The notes under the pieces: model-generated | Told to the model about the DNA's origin: nothing | Database searches by the model: none | The model's input: the letters and a program-made list of their open reading frames with translations, nothing else | Position numbers and translations under genes: made by a program | Assembly: GCA_013813355.1 (NCBI GenBank) | Contig: JACCRT010000046.1 | Span: 1-51,403, forward strand | DNA: 51,403 nt | Reading direction: 5' to 3' | Origin: Acidobacteriota bacterium | Lineage (GTDB): Bacteria > Acidobacteriota > Vicinamibacteria > Vicinamibacterales > 2-12-FULL-66-21 | Shown: in pieces, positions 31,345-40,591 of the stretch | Layout: each line of letters starts with the position of its first letter | Numbering within the stretch: position 1 is the stretch's first letter

Positions 31345-31993
31345 CATCGCCCCACCCTGAAACGCACGCCCATGACTCCTCGTCGTCGTCTTCCGCCTTG
31401 TAGCGGTTGAAGAAGCCGGCAATGCGCCGCTGTTCGGCCGCGTTCAGCAACGCGCGGCGCTTCGCGGGGTCGGATTCGGTCGTGACGACGATCTTCGCGT
31501 CGTGCCCCTTTTCGTCGGTCATGTGCATGATGCCCAGCACGTGGCCGCGCACGAGCTCACCGGCTGGTGCATCACCGCCCACGACCAACCCGTCGAACGG
31601 GTCGCCGTCCACCCCGATGGTCTGCGGGATGAACCCGTAGCCGGTGGGGTACCCGCCGAGCGACGCCGGGATGGTGCGATTGAGCTCGAGCCGGTTCTTC
31701 CCGATGTCGAATTCCCGCTTCTCGGAGCTGCCTTGCGGGATTTCAACGAATACGGTCACCGTACCGTCGGCATGCACCGCAGGCGTATCCCGCCAGACGT
31801 GCCGATCGTGATCGCGCGCGTCCTCGAAGGCCTCGCGGAGCGCGGCGTCGGCCCGCTGCGGGAGCCGCACCGGCGGGGGTTCTGCCGCCGGGCACGACCG
31901 GCGCTGCTGCGCGGCCGATGGCGGGGCTGACTCTGGAAGGCCGAACAGCAGAGTTGCTATGACGACAACAATGGAAAGCATCGAATGCATCAT
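31226..31993 (-). CDS. ppa: Family I inorganic pyrophosphatase with signal peptide; C-terminus possibly altered
   Basis: VEIPQG..K.E, YPTGYGFIPQT, DGDPFD, DEKGHDAK, FFNRYK; 3' end overlaps the PhoU gene by 119 nt. Confidence 0.75.
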   Translation of the reverse strand: MMHSMLSIVVVIATLLFGLPESAPPSAAQQRRSCPAAEPPPVRLPQRADAALREAFEDARDHDRHVWRDTPAVHADGTVTVFVEIPQGSSEKREFDIGKNRLELNRTIPASLGGYPTGYGFIPQTIGVDGDPFDGLVVGGDAPAGELVRGHVLGIMHMTDEKGHDAKIVVTTESDPAKRRALLNAAEQRRIAGFFNRYKAEDDDEESWACVSGWGDVKGLHPHAESGRTAARPSSRCCSNARPPDEESGPLPSRR

Positions 31994-32094
31994 GCCCGCA
32001 TGGTGAAGCACAACTCAAGCCCGCCCCCGACGGCGTCAGTCCTCCGCACGCGAACGCCGCTAGTTCCCTGCTACCCTGTAATGGAAACACAAAT

Positions 32095-33375
32095 ATGGAA
32101 CATCACAAACACGTAGCGATCCTCGTCGGCGGCGGCCCGGCGCCCGGCATCAACAGCGTCATCAGCGCGGCCACCATCCGCTCCAGTCTCGAAGGCATCG
32201 ACGTGGTCGGCATCCGTGACGGGTTCGAGTGGCTCATGAAGGGCGACATCGAACACGTGACGCCGCTCACCATCGACGCGGTCAGCAGGATTCACTTTCG
32301 TGGCGGCTCCTATATCGGGATCTCCCGTGCAAACCCGACGCGCAACCCCGAGCACCTCGAGAACACGGTCATCTCGCTGCTGCGCCTCAACGTATCGCGG
32401 CTGATTACCATCGGCGGCGACGACACGGCGTTTTCGGCCCTGAAACTGGCCGAAAAGTCAGAGGGCCGCATCCATGTCGTGCACGTGCCGAAGACGATCG
32501 ATAACGACCTCGGCCTTCCGTCCTATGTCGATACCTTCGGCTTCCAGACGGCGCGCCACTACGGCGTGGACATCGTCAAGAACCTGATGGTCGACGCCCG
32601 CACGACCTCACGCTGGTATTTCGTGATCACGATGGGCCGCAAGGCCGGGCACCTCGCGCTGGGCATCGGCAAGGCGGCCGGCGCAACGCTGACCCTCATT
32701 CCGGAAGAGTTCAGCAAGCCGATTCGCCTCAAGACCATCGTCGACACGCTCGTCGGCGCCATCATCAAGCGTATGAGCTACGGCCGCCGGGACGGGGTGG
32801 CCATCATTGCCGAGGGGGTCGTACTCGACGTGCATCCCGAAGACCTCCAGGAACTGCACGAGGTCGAGCGGGATGAGCATGACCATCTCAGGATCGCTGA
32901 GGTCAACCTTGGCGAGATCATCAAGACGCAGGTGGCAGCCCGGCTGCGGGAGTTCGGGCTGAAGTCGACGATGGTGGCAAAGAATATCGGTTACGAGCTG
33001 CGTTGCGCGGACCCTATCCCCCTGGACATGGAGTACACCCGTGACCTGGGCTATCTTGCAGCGAAGTACCTGCTGTCGGGCGGCAGCAATGCCATGATCT
33101 CGGTGCAGGGCGGCCACTTCGTGCCGATCCCGTTTGGCGAGATGCTCGACGCGGAGACCGGGAAGACGCGTGTGCGCCTGGTGGACGTGCGGTCGGAGCG
33201 CTACGCCATTGCCAGACGCTACATGATCCGGCTGCGCCGCGATGATTTCGAGGATCCGCACGAGCTGGCCAAGTTCGCCGCGACGGCGCGCATGTCGCTG
33301 CAGGAGTTCCGCAGCGAGTTCCAGGGCCTGATAGCCAGCGAGCCGCCCCCGCTGGAGATCCCGGGGAATGGTTGA
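32095..33375 (+). CDS. pfp: Pyrophosphate-dependent phosphofructokinase
   Basis: GGGPAPG, GGDDT and PKTIDND (PPi-type Asp/Lys signature), MGRKAG. Confidence 0.9.
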   Translation: MEHHKHVAILVGGGPAPGINSVISAATIRSSLEGIDVVGIRDGFEWLMKGDIEHVTPLTIDAVSRIHFRGGSYIGISRANPTRNPEHLENTVISLLRLNVSRLITIGGDDTAFSALKLAEKSEGRIHVVHVPKTIDNDLGLPSYVDTFGFQTARHYGVDIVKNLMVDARTTSRWYFVITMGRKAGHLALGIGKAAGATLTLIPEEFSKPIRLKTIVDTLVGAIIKRMSYGRRDGVAIIAEGVVLDVHPEDLQELHEVERDEHDHLRIAEVNLGEIIKTQVAARLREFGLKSTMVAKNIGYELRCADPIPLDMEYTRDLGYLAAKYLLSGGSNAMISVQGGHFVPIPFGEMLDAETGKTRVRLVDVRSERYAIARRYMIRLRRDDFEDPHELAKFAATARMSLQEFRSEFQGLIASEPPPLEIPGNG

Positions 33376-33466
33376 TCGTTGAAGCGCCGTCCTCGGCGGC
33401 GGACGGTGGTGTCGCAGGACAATGACGCCACCGCCCCCGATGGGCTGTAATCTGCGGGGACACCTC

Positions 33467-33482
33467 GGGCACAGGGGTTGCA
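33467..33482 (+). promoter_or_regulatory. Sigma54 promoter candidate
   Basis: GGGCAC-AGGGG-TTGCA, 40 nt upstream of ATG 33522. Confidence 0.5.
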
Positions 33483-33521
33483 GCACGGCCCTCGTTGCCT
33501 GTTGTTCTGGAGAAGAACGCT

Positions 33522-36500
33522 ATGAGTGCATTTGTTCGGCCCCTCGTCCTCATTCGGACCCTCGGCTTGGTGGTCGCGTTTCTGGCTGCGGGCCATTCGC
33601 CGCTGCTGGCGCAGACGGGCTACTTTGGCCAGAATCGGGTCCAGTATCAGACGTTCCAGTTCCGTGTGCTGCCGACGGAGCACTTCGACATCTATTTTTA
33701 TCCTGAAGAGGAGGAGGCCGCGCGCATGGCGGCCCGGATGGCGGAGCGGTGGTATGCGCGGCTGTCGAAGCTGCTCAACCACGAGCTTCGCGGTCGCCAA
33801 CCGTTGATCCTGTACGCCAGCAGTCCCCATTTCTGGCAGACCAACACCATCATGGGCGCCGTCGGGGAGGGGACCGGGGGTGTGACCGAGGCGTTCAAGC
33901 GGCGCATCGTGCTGCCGTTTGCCGGGCCGCTCGAGGCGACCGACCACGTACTCGGCCACGAACTCGTTCACGCGTTCCAGTACGACATCACCGGGACCAA
34001 CATCAGCACCAACACGGCTGGTGCACTCGGCCTGCCGCTGTGGTTCATCGAGGGCATGGCCGAGTACCTGTCGATCGGCCCGGAGGACCCCCACACGTCG
34101 ATGTGGATGCGGGAGGCCGCCCGGCGTGAAAAGCTGCCTACTATCGACGAGCTGAACCGTGGGCGCTATTTCCCATACCGGTATGGACACTCGCTGTGGG
34201 CGTTCATTGGCGGCCGCTACGGCGACCAGGCCGTGAGCGACCTTCTGCGGGCGAGCCTGGGCGGGGGCGGATACCGTGAAGGATTCGCACAGGTGCTGGG
34301 TCTTCAGACCGACGAGCTGTCCAAGCAGTGGCACGACGCGCTGTTCGAGGCGTATCGCCCCGTGGCGCAGACCACCCAGACGCCCGCCGAGAGCGCACGG
34401 GCTCTCATCAACCGGGAGCGCGGCGGTGGTGACATCAACGTGAGCCCGGAGCTGAGCCCCGATGGCACCAAGCTGATGTTTTTTTCGGAACGCGACCTGT
34501 TCTCGATCGATCTGTTCATGGCCGACGCGCGCACGGGTGAGGTCCTTCGCAAGATTACCGACACCGCGACCGATCCGCATTATGAGAGCCTGCAGTTCCT
34601 GTCTTCGGCGGGAGCGTGGGATCCGACGAGCACGCGCTTCGTATTTCCCGGTATCGCCAGGGGCCAGCCGATCCTGACGATCGTCAACACCGGCAATGGC
34701 CGTCGCGAGAGAGAGATCCGTCTCGACACGGTCGACGAGGTCCTGAACCCGTCATGGTCGCCTGACGGCAACCGCATCGCGTTCTCCGGGCTGGTCGGCG
34801 GGTTCAACGACCTGTTTGTTTACGATCTGCAGTCGAGCCAGTTGACGCGCCTTACCGCCGATGCCTTTTCGGAGTTGCACCCGGCGTGGTCGCCAGACGG
34901 ACGCGAGATAGCGTTCGGCACCGACCGTTTCTCGAGCGCGCTGGATCGTCTCTATGTCGGCAACCAGCGGATCGGCATCATTGATGTGGAGTCTCGGCAG
35001 ATCCGAGAGGTCGCCGGATTCGAGGGGGCAAAGAACATCAGCCCCCGGTGGGCGCCGGATGGCAGGAGCCTGTTCTTCCTGTCCAACAGGCAGGGGATCA
35101 CGAACGTGTACCGCGCCCCGCTCGACGGCGGACCGATCACGCAGATCACGAACCTGCTGACGGGGGTCAGCGGATTCACGGCGCTGAGCCCGGCAATGTC
35201 GTTCGGGGGCGGACGCCTCGTGTTCAGCGCCTATGAGGACGATGGCTACAGCATCTACGCCATCGACGAGGAAGAGCGGCTTGCCGGCGCGGCCCTGACC
35301 GATCTGCCGCGGCACGCGGCCGTCCTGCCGCCGCGCACGACGCCGGCCGGCCCCGTGCACGCGGCCCTGCAGAATGAAACGATCGGTCTGCCCACGGTCG
35401 AGGCGGTGCAGGCGGAGGCCGAGCCCTATCGCCCGCGCCTGTCGCTCGATTACGCAGGGCAGCCGACCGTCGGCGTCGGCATAGACCCGTTCGGCACGTA
35501 TGCGGCCGGCGGCGTGTCGTTCCTGTTCAGCGACATGCTGGGCAACCACACGGTGGCGACATCGGCGCAGCTGACGAGCCGCTTCGACGAGTTCGGCGGC
35601 GGCCTCATGTATCTGAACCGGGCGCGGCGCTGGAACTGGGGCGCCTCCATCGATCAGACGCCGTACGTGGCGCGCGCCTTCCAGGCCGGCCAGGGAAATA
35701 TCGGCGGGCAGAACGTGTACATCGAGAACGAGTACCGCATCCTCCAGGTCGACCGCTCCCTCGCGGGGGTGATCTCCTACCCGTTCAGTCGTGCCCAGCG
35801 CGTCGAGGTGACGGGCGGCCTGCGGCAGATCGGTTTGACGGAGGACATCACGCAGCGGCTGTTCTCACTCTCCACGGGCCAGATGTTGTCGGAAGAACGC
35901 GAGCGGCTGTCGACGGTGCCCTCCATCAACCTGGCCCAGGTGTCGGGAGCCCTAGTGTACGATACGACGATCAGCGGCCTGACCAGCCCCATCCGCGGGA
36001 GCCGCTACCGGCTCGAGTTGTCGCAGGTCAACGGCAGCCAGCGAGAGGGCGGCGGGTCTCTGGCGTACACGGGAACGCTGGCGGACTACCGCACCTACTA
36101 CATGCCCGTGCGGCCGTTCACCTTCGCGTTCCGCGGTCTCTATTACGGCCGTCACGGCTCGAGCGCCGGTGATAACCGCCTGCCGACGCTGTCCCTGGGG
36201 TATCCAGGCCTCGTTCGCGGCTACGACCCCGGGTCCTTCCGGGCGGGCGAGTGCGGGGTCCAGGAAGACGGCTCGTGCCCGGTGTTCGACCGGTTGCTCG
36301 GCAGCCAGGTCGGCATCCTGAACGCAGAAGTTCGGTTTCCGCTCTGGAGCATCTTCGGCGCCCGCGACTTCTACGGACCGCTGCCGATCGAGATGGCTGT
36401 GTTCTCGGACGCGGGCGCGGCCTGGGGGCCGATCGGGAACACCGGCACGGTCCGCCGCGAGGGTGCCCGTGAATGGGTCCGCAGCGTAGGCGCCGCGATG

Positions 36501-36608
36501 CGCGTGAACCTGTTTGGATTCGCTGTCGGAGAGCTCAACTACGTCCGCCCGCTGGACCGTCCCGGCCGGGGCTGGCTCTGGCAGTTCAATCTGCGGCCGG
36601 GATTTTAA
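33522..36608 (+). CDS. Metallopeptidase + TolB/PD40 propeller + Omp85-type barrel outer-membrane protein
   Basis: Signal peptide; HELVH..WFIEGMAE; repeated WSPDG; VRGY loop; C-terminal Phe. Confidence 0.82.
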   Translation: MSAFVRPLVLIRTLGLVVAFLAAGHSPLLAQTGYFGQNRVQYQTFQFRVLPTEHFDIYFYPEEEEAARMAARMAERWYARLSKLLNHELRGRQPLILYASSPHFWQTNTIMGAVGEGTGGVTEAFKRRIVLPFAGPLEATDHVLGHELVHAFQYDITGTNISTNTAGALGLPLWFIEGMAEYLSIGPEDPHTSMWMREAARREKLPTIDELNRGRYFPYRYGHSLWAFIGGRYGDQAVSDLLRASLGGGGYREGFAQVLGLQTDELSKQWHDALFEAYRPVAQTTQTPAESARALINRERGGGDINVSPELSPDGTKLMFFSERDLFSIDLFMADARTGEVLRKITDTATDPHYESLQFLSSAGAWDPTSTRFVFPGIARGQPILTIVNTGNGRREREIRLDTVDEVLNPSWSPDGNRIAFSGLVGGFNDLFVYDLQSSQLTRLTADAFSELHPAWSPDGREIAFGTDRFSSALDRLYVGNQRIGIIDVESRQIREVAGFEGAKNISPRWAPDGRSLFFLSNRQGITNVYRAPLDGGPITQITNLLTGVSGFTALSPAMSFGGGRLVFSAYEDDGYSIYAIDEEERLAGAALTDLPRHAAVLPPRTTPAGPVHAALQNETIGLPTVEAVQAEAEPYRPRLSLDYAGQPTVGVGIDPFGTYAAGGVSFLFSDMLGNHTVATSAQLTSRFDEFGGGLMYLNRARRWNWGASIDQTPYVARAFQAGQGNIGGQNVYIENEYRILQVDRSLAGVISYPFSRAQRVEVTGGLRQIGLTEDITQRLFSLSTGQMLSEERERLSTVPSINLAQVSGALVYDTTISGLTSPIRGSRYRLELSQVNGSQREGGGSLAYTGTLADYRTYYMPVRPFTFAFRGLYYGRHGSSAGDNRLPTLSLGYPGLVRGYDPGSFRAGECGVQEDGSCPVFDRLLGSQVGILNAEVRFPLWSIFGARDFYGPLPIEMAVFSDAGAAWGPIGNTGTVRREGAREWVRSVGAAMRVNLFGFAVGELNYVRPLDRPGRGWLWQFNLRPGF

Positions 36609-36705
36609 AACTCAGAACGTAGAAGCTCGAACTCAGAATGAAGAACTCAGAAGGCAAGAACTTGGAAGCAGATTCTGAGTTCCTCATTCTAAGTTCTTCA
36701 TTATC
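36609..36705. repeat. Heptamer repeat array (AACTCAG-type) with an inverted block
   Basis: AACTCAG/AACGTAG/AAGCTCG/AACTCAG/AATGAAG/AACTCAG, then inverted ATTCTGAGTTC..TTCTAAGTTCTTCATT. Confidence 0.8.
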
Positions 36706-37163
36706 TTGAGGTGGTGGAGATCGTGTCCCGCCATCTGCGCGATCACCCACCCGACGCTCAGCGTGCCGTACTCGGGGTGTTCGAAGCGGCGCTCCCGCTG
36801 GGCCGCTGACAGGCCCCGCACCATGGCCACATTCATCCGGCGCAGGGTGGTGTACACGTCCAGCGCCGCCCGCGCGTCCAGGGCGGCGTCGACCGTGAGC
36901 CAGTCATCCTGCGAGAAGTTCTGCGCGTGGTAGCCGTCCTCGGTGAGGGCGAACCGCATCCGGGCGCCGAGCGCCAGCTCCGTCTGGGCGAGATGAACCA
37001 GCACCTGCCGGGTGGTCCACTTGCCTGGTGCGTAGCTGCGCTCGAACTGCGCGTCCGTCCAGCCGTCGAGCAGTGCCCGGGTCTTAAACGGGGTGTCGGC
37101 AAACGCCTCCAGTGCGTCCCGGTCTCCCAGATCCGCGGCGTAAGGGTTGGTCATGTCAGGCAT
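36684..37163 (-). CDS. DinB/YfiT-family protein
   Basis: YAPGKWT..VHL, HPEYG, GHDLHH. Confidence 0.85.
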   Translation of the reverse strand: MPDMTNPYAADLGDRDALEAFADTPFKTRALLDGWTDAQFERSYAPGKWTTRQVLVHLAQTELALGARMRFALTEDGYHAQNFSQDDWLTVDAALDARAALDVYTTLRRMNVAMVRGLSAAQRERRFEHPEYGTLSVGWVIAQMAGHDLHHLKIMKNLE

Positions 37164-37323
37164 GGTCCATTCTCACCCGATCCCGGCCGCAGGGTCCACT
37201 CCCTCGACCCCACGCGTCACAGTAGTTCCAGGACGGCCTCCTGGTCGATAATCAGGAACAGGCGTTCGTGCGGGCGCCGCCTCCATCGTCCGAGGCGGCA
37301 TCAGCACAACCCAACCCGGGACG

Positions 37324-37914
37324 ATGAGACACCAGCGCAGATACGGGATGGCATTCGCGGCACTCGCCGTGCTGCTGGCCGCTGCCTGCGATCGCCCTCC
37401 TGCCAGCCCGCATCAGGCGCTCACGGCTGGCGCCGAGCCGCTTCGCTCTCACTTCAACCGGGACGTCGGTTATACGCGTATCGTCCTGCTCGCCGCGCCG
37501 ACGTGAGGGCAGTGTCTGCTCGGGGTCGCCGAGATTCAGCACAACGTCCTGACAAAAGAAGACAGCACCCGGCTCAAGGCGTATTCCGTCTGGGTCCCGA
37601 TGGTCCGCGGCATGGAGCGGCATGTGCCACAGGCTTCTCGCGAGCTGCCGGATGCGCGCGCCGCCCATTACTGGGATGGCGACGGCCAGTTGATGACCGG
37701 CTACCGGGAGACGCTCGGGCTCTCGGAGGACGCCTGGGACATCTTCCTGGTGTACGGTCCGGACACCCGCTGGGACGGGAGCCTGCCGCCGGAGCCGCTT
37801 TACTGGGCCCACCAGCTCGGAACGCGCGACAAGCCCCGCGTGCAGGGGCCCTACCTCGACGCAGCTACGTTCCTCGGTAAGACCCGAGACGCGCTGGCGC
37901 TGCGACAGCCTTGA
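37324..37914 (+). CDS. Probable selenocysteine-containing thioredoxin-fold lipoprotein (UxxC), 196 aa
   Basis: ORFs 37324-37506 and 37600-37914 share a frame; only TGA 37504-37506 interrupts; read-through gives IVLLAAPT-U-GQ-C-LLG; SECIS-like hairpin follows. Confidence 0.8.
37512..37542 (+). promoter_or_regulatory. Bacterial SECIS-like hairpin
   Basis: Lower stem GTG-t-CTG/CAG-CAC, upper stem CTCGG/CCGAG, G-initiated loop GGTCG starting 18 nt after the UGA. Confidence 0.65.
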
Positions 37915-39091
37915 GGTGCTTGGGCGCCGTTTCGCGGCCGTAAGGCGGTTGGTCATCCGGGTCCGTGGTGTGGCGGTGCAGCGGCAGCCGAACGATGAAT
38001 CGCGCGCCACGCCCCACGCCATCGCTGTCGGCTTCAATGTGACCCCGGTGCAGCTCGACGAGCTGCCGGACGATGGCGAGGCCGAGCCCGAGGCCGCCGT
38101 GCCGCCGTGTCGAACCTGTGTCGGCCTGCCTGAACCGTTCGAATACCTGCGGCAGGAAGTCGGGCGCGATGCCCACGCCCGTGTCCGAGACGACCACCTC
38201 CGCGAAGCCGCCATCGCGGCGGACGATCAGGCTGGCGCGCCCACCGCTCGGCGTGAACTTGATCGCGTTCGCCAGCAGGTTGAAGACGATCTGCTGCAAG
38301 CGCTCCGGGTCGCCCCAGACGGTCAGGGACTCGGGCGGCGCCTCGACCTGCAGCTCGACACCCTTCTCACTGGCTTCGTCGCGGACAGACGCCGCGGCCG
38401 CGACGGTCAGCGGTACGAGGTCCACTTTGGACGGATCGAGGTGCAGTCGCCCGGTGAGGCTCTGGGCGACGTCGAGCAGATCGCCGACGAGCTGAGCCTG
38501 TACTCGGGCATTGCGCTGGACGACCTCGAGGGCATGAGTGGTGCGCGGCGCGCTGAGGTTGCCGGCGCGAAGGAGCGTCACCCATCCGAGGATGGCGTTC
38601 AGCGGCGTCCGTAACTCGTGCGAGACGATCGCGAGGAACTCGTCCTTGAGCCGGTTCGCCTCTTCGGCCTCGGCCCGAGCCGCGAGCAGTGTCTGCTCGA
38701 TGTGCCGCCGTTCGGCGATCTCGGCCTGGGCAGCCGCCATACTCTGCTCGAGCTGGCGGCGATCGGACTTCATCCGATCGAGGATGACTGCCGCGCCCCC
38801 GATGAACCCGGCGAACAGCGTCAGGCGAACGGCCTCTTCCCACGTCACCGGCAACATCCCGTCGTTGCCAGGGGAGTCGAAGTAGAGACGGGTGCCGAGG
38901 CCGGCGGCGCCTGTCAGCAGGGCAGGGCCGGTGCCGGCCACCCAGGCGGCGATCACCGCAGCGAACATGAACAGCGCAAACGGCGCGGTCGTTTCCCAGA
39001 GCGGCGCCATGAGGCTGCGAAGCAGGAGTGTAGCGGCTATCACGAGGACAGCGAAGCCATACCGCTCTGCAGGCGTGGTCAGGCGCTTCAT
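37865..39091 (-). CDS. Membrane sensor histidine kinase (DUF4118-like, HisKA, HATPase)
   Basis: SHELRTPL, NLLANAIKFT, DTGVG, GGLGLGL. Confidence 0.9.
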   Translation of the reverse strand: MKRLTTPAERYGFAVLVIAATLLLRSLMAPLWETTAPFALFMFAAVIAAWVAGTGPALLTGAAGLGTRLYFDSPGNDGMLPVTWEEAVRLTLFAGFIGGAAVILDRMKSDRRQLEQSMAAAQAEIAERRHIEQTLLAARAEAEEANRLKDEFLAIVSHELRTPLNAILGWVTLLRAGNLSAPRTTHALEVVQRNARVQAQLVGDLLDVAQSLTGRLHLDPSKVDLVPLTVAAAASVRDEASEKGVELQVEAPPESLTVWGDPERLQQIVFNLLANAIKFTPSGGRASLIVRRDGGFAEVVVSDTGVGIAPDFLPQVFERFRQADTGSTRRHGGLGLGLAIVRQLVELHRGHIEADSDGVGRGARFIVRLPLHRHTTDPDDQPPYGRETAPKHLKAVAAPARLGSYRGT

Positions 39092-39196
39092 GCAGACAAA
39101 ATCTTAGAGTGCTTCGGGACGGAACACAATCGTGCGCACTCCGAAGCTCGACCTTGGCGAGTGGGTCGACACGTGCTGTTATGATCCCGGCGCGGC

Positions 39197-39985
39197 ATGT
39201 TGCGTGTTCATGAGATCTCGAGCCTCTATCTCGGTGTTCCCCGCAGGATCACCGTCTGGCTGCCGCCCGGTTCCCGGCGACGGGTGCGGGTGGGGCTGCC
39301 CGTGCTGTACCTGAATGACGGGCAGAACCTCTTCGATCCGGGCCGCGCGTTTGCGGGAGCCACGTGGCGCGTCGCGGAAACCGCCGACTGGCTGGTCCGC
39401 CGCCGCCACATCCCTCCGGTGCTCATCGTCGGGATCGATCACGGCTCGGAACGGCGCGGGCGGGAATACCTGCCGGTCGAGGACGACCGGAATCCAGGGA
39501 CCGAGCGGCCGCTCGGCCGCGAGTACGCCGAGTTCGTGACTCGCGAAGTCATGCCGCTCGTCGTTCGCGAGTATCGCGCCGCCCGCGGGCCCGCGGCGAC
39601 TGCGTTCGGCGGATCGTCCTACGGCGCGCTTGCGGCACTCAACACAGCGCTTGTCAAGCCGGGGGTCTTCGGCAGGCTCCTGCTCGAGAGCCCGTCGCTA
39701 TACGTCGGCGACGAGTACGTGTTACGCAAGGCTCGCCGGCAGACGCGATGGCCCGCCAGGATTTACCTCGGCGTCGGGACGGCCGAGACGAGCCGTGCCG
39801 ACTGGAACGAGGAGACCGTTGTGAACGTGTTGAAGCTCGAGGCCGTGCTGCGCCGCGCCGGGCTCGGGCCCAGGCGGCTGGCGGTGGCGATTGAGCCGGG
39901 CGCGACGCACTCGGAAGCTGCCTGGGCGGGACGGTTCATGCGCGCACTGGAGTTCCTCTATGGCGCAGGACAGACGAGAGGGTAG
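39197..39985 (+). CDS. Alpha/beta hydrolase, putative esterase
   Basis: VLYLNDGQNLF, GGSSYG, HSEAAW. Confidence 0.85.
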   Translation: MLRVHEISSLYLGVPRRITVWLPPGSRRRVRVGLPVLYLNDGQNLFDPGRAFAGATWRVAETADWLVRRRHIPPVLIVGIDHGSERRGREYLPVEDDRNPGTERPLGREYAEFVTREVMPLVVREYRAARGPAATAFGGSSYGALAALNTALVKPGVFGRLLLESPSLYVGDEYVLRKARRQTRWPARIYLGVGTAETSRADWNEETVVNVLKLEAVLRRAGLGPRRLAVAIEPGATHSEAAWAGRFMRALEFLYGAGQTRG

Positions 39986-39988
39986 AGG

Positions 39989-40591
39989 CTAGGGCAGGGA
40001 CTGCGGGGTCCGGATTGCGTGCAGGTAATCGCGGAGCGCGCGGAACGCCTTTCCGCGGTGGCTCATGGAGGACTTCCGCTCCTGATCGAGCTCGGCGAGC
40101 GTGCAGTTGAACGGCCGGTAGAAAAAGAGCGGGTCGTAGCCGAAGCCATTGCCGCCACGCGGCTCTGCGGCGATCTCGCCGCTCACGATGCCTTCGGCTT
40201 CGAACACGATCGCGGCCTGCTGGGCCAGTGCGACACTGCAGACGAACCGCGCGTGGCTGGTGGCCAACCCGCGCTCGCGCAGCAGTTCGTGAATCTTTTC
40301 AAACTTGAAGGCGTAGTCGGTGCCGTGCCAGCGGGCGGAATGCACGCCTGGGGCGTTGTCGAGCGCGTCGATCTCGAGTCCGGAATCGTCGGCGGCGGTC
40401 AGCAGGCCGGTCGCCTGGGCATAGTAGCGCGCCTTCAGCCGGGCGTTCTCGGCGAACGTGGTGCCGGTTTCCTCCGGCTCCTCCACCGCGGGCAGGTCGC
40501 GCAGCGTCAGCAGCCGGATCGGCATGTCCGCCAGAATGGCTTCGATCTCGCGCAGCTTGCCGGGATTGGTGGTGGCGACGAGCAGCGTCAT
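39989..40591 (-). CDS. rdgB: Non-canonical purine NTP pyrophosphatase
   Basis: [26 protein letters not shown]. Confidence 0.95.
   Translation of the reverse strand: MTLLVATTNPGKLREIEAILADMPIRLLTLRDLPAVEEPEETGTTFAENARLKARYYAQATGLLTAADDSGLEIDALDNAPGVHSARWHGTDYAFKFEKIHELLRERGLATSHARFVCSVALAQQAAIVFEAEGIVSGEIAAEPRGGNGFGYDPLFFYRPFNCTLAELDQERKSSMSHRGKAFRALRDYLHAIRTPQSLP

Noticed and set aside
37324-37914. Two small genes or a nonsense pseudogene
   Set aside because: Shared frame, UGA at the redox position and a downstream hairpin fit Sec recoding better; a pseudogene is not fully excluded
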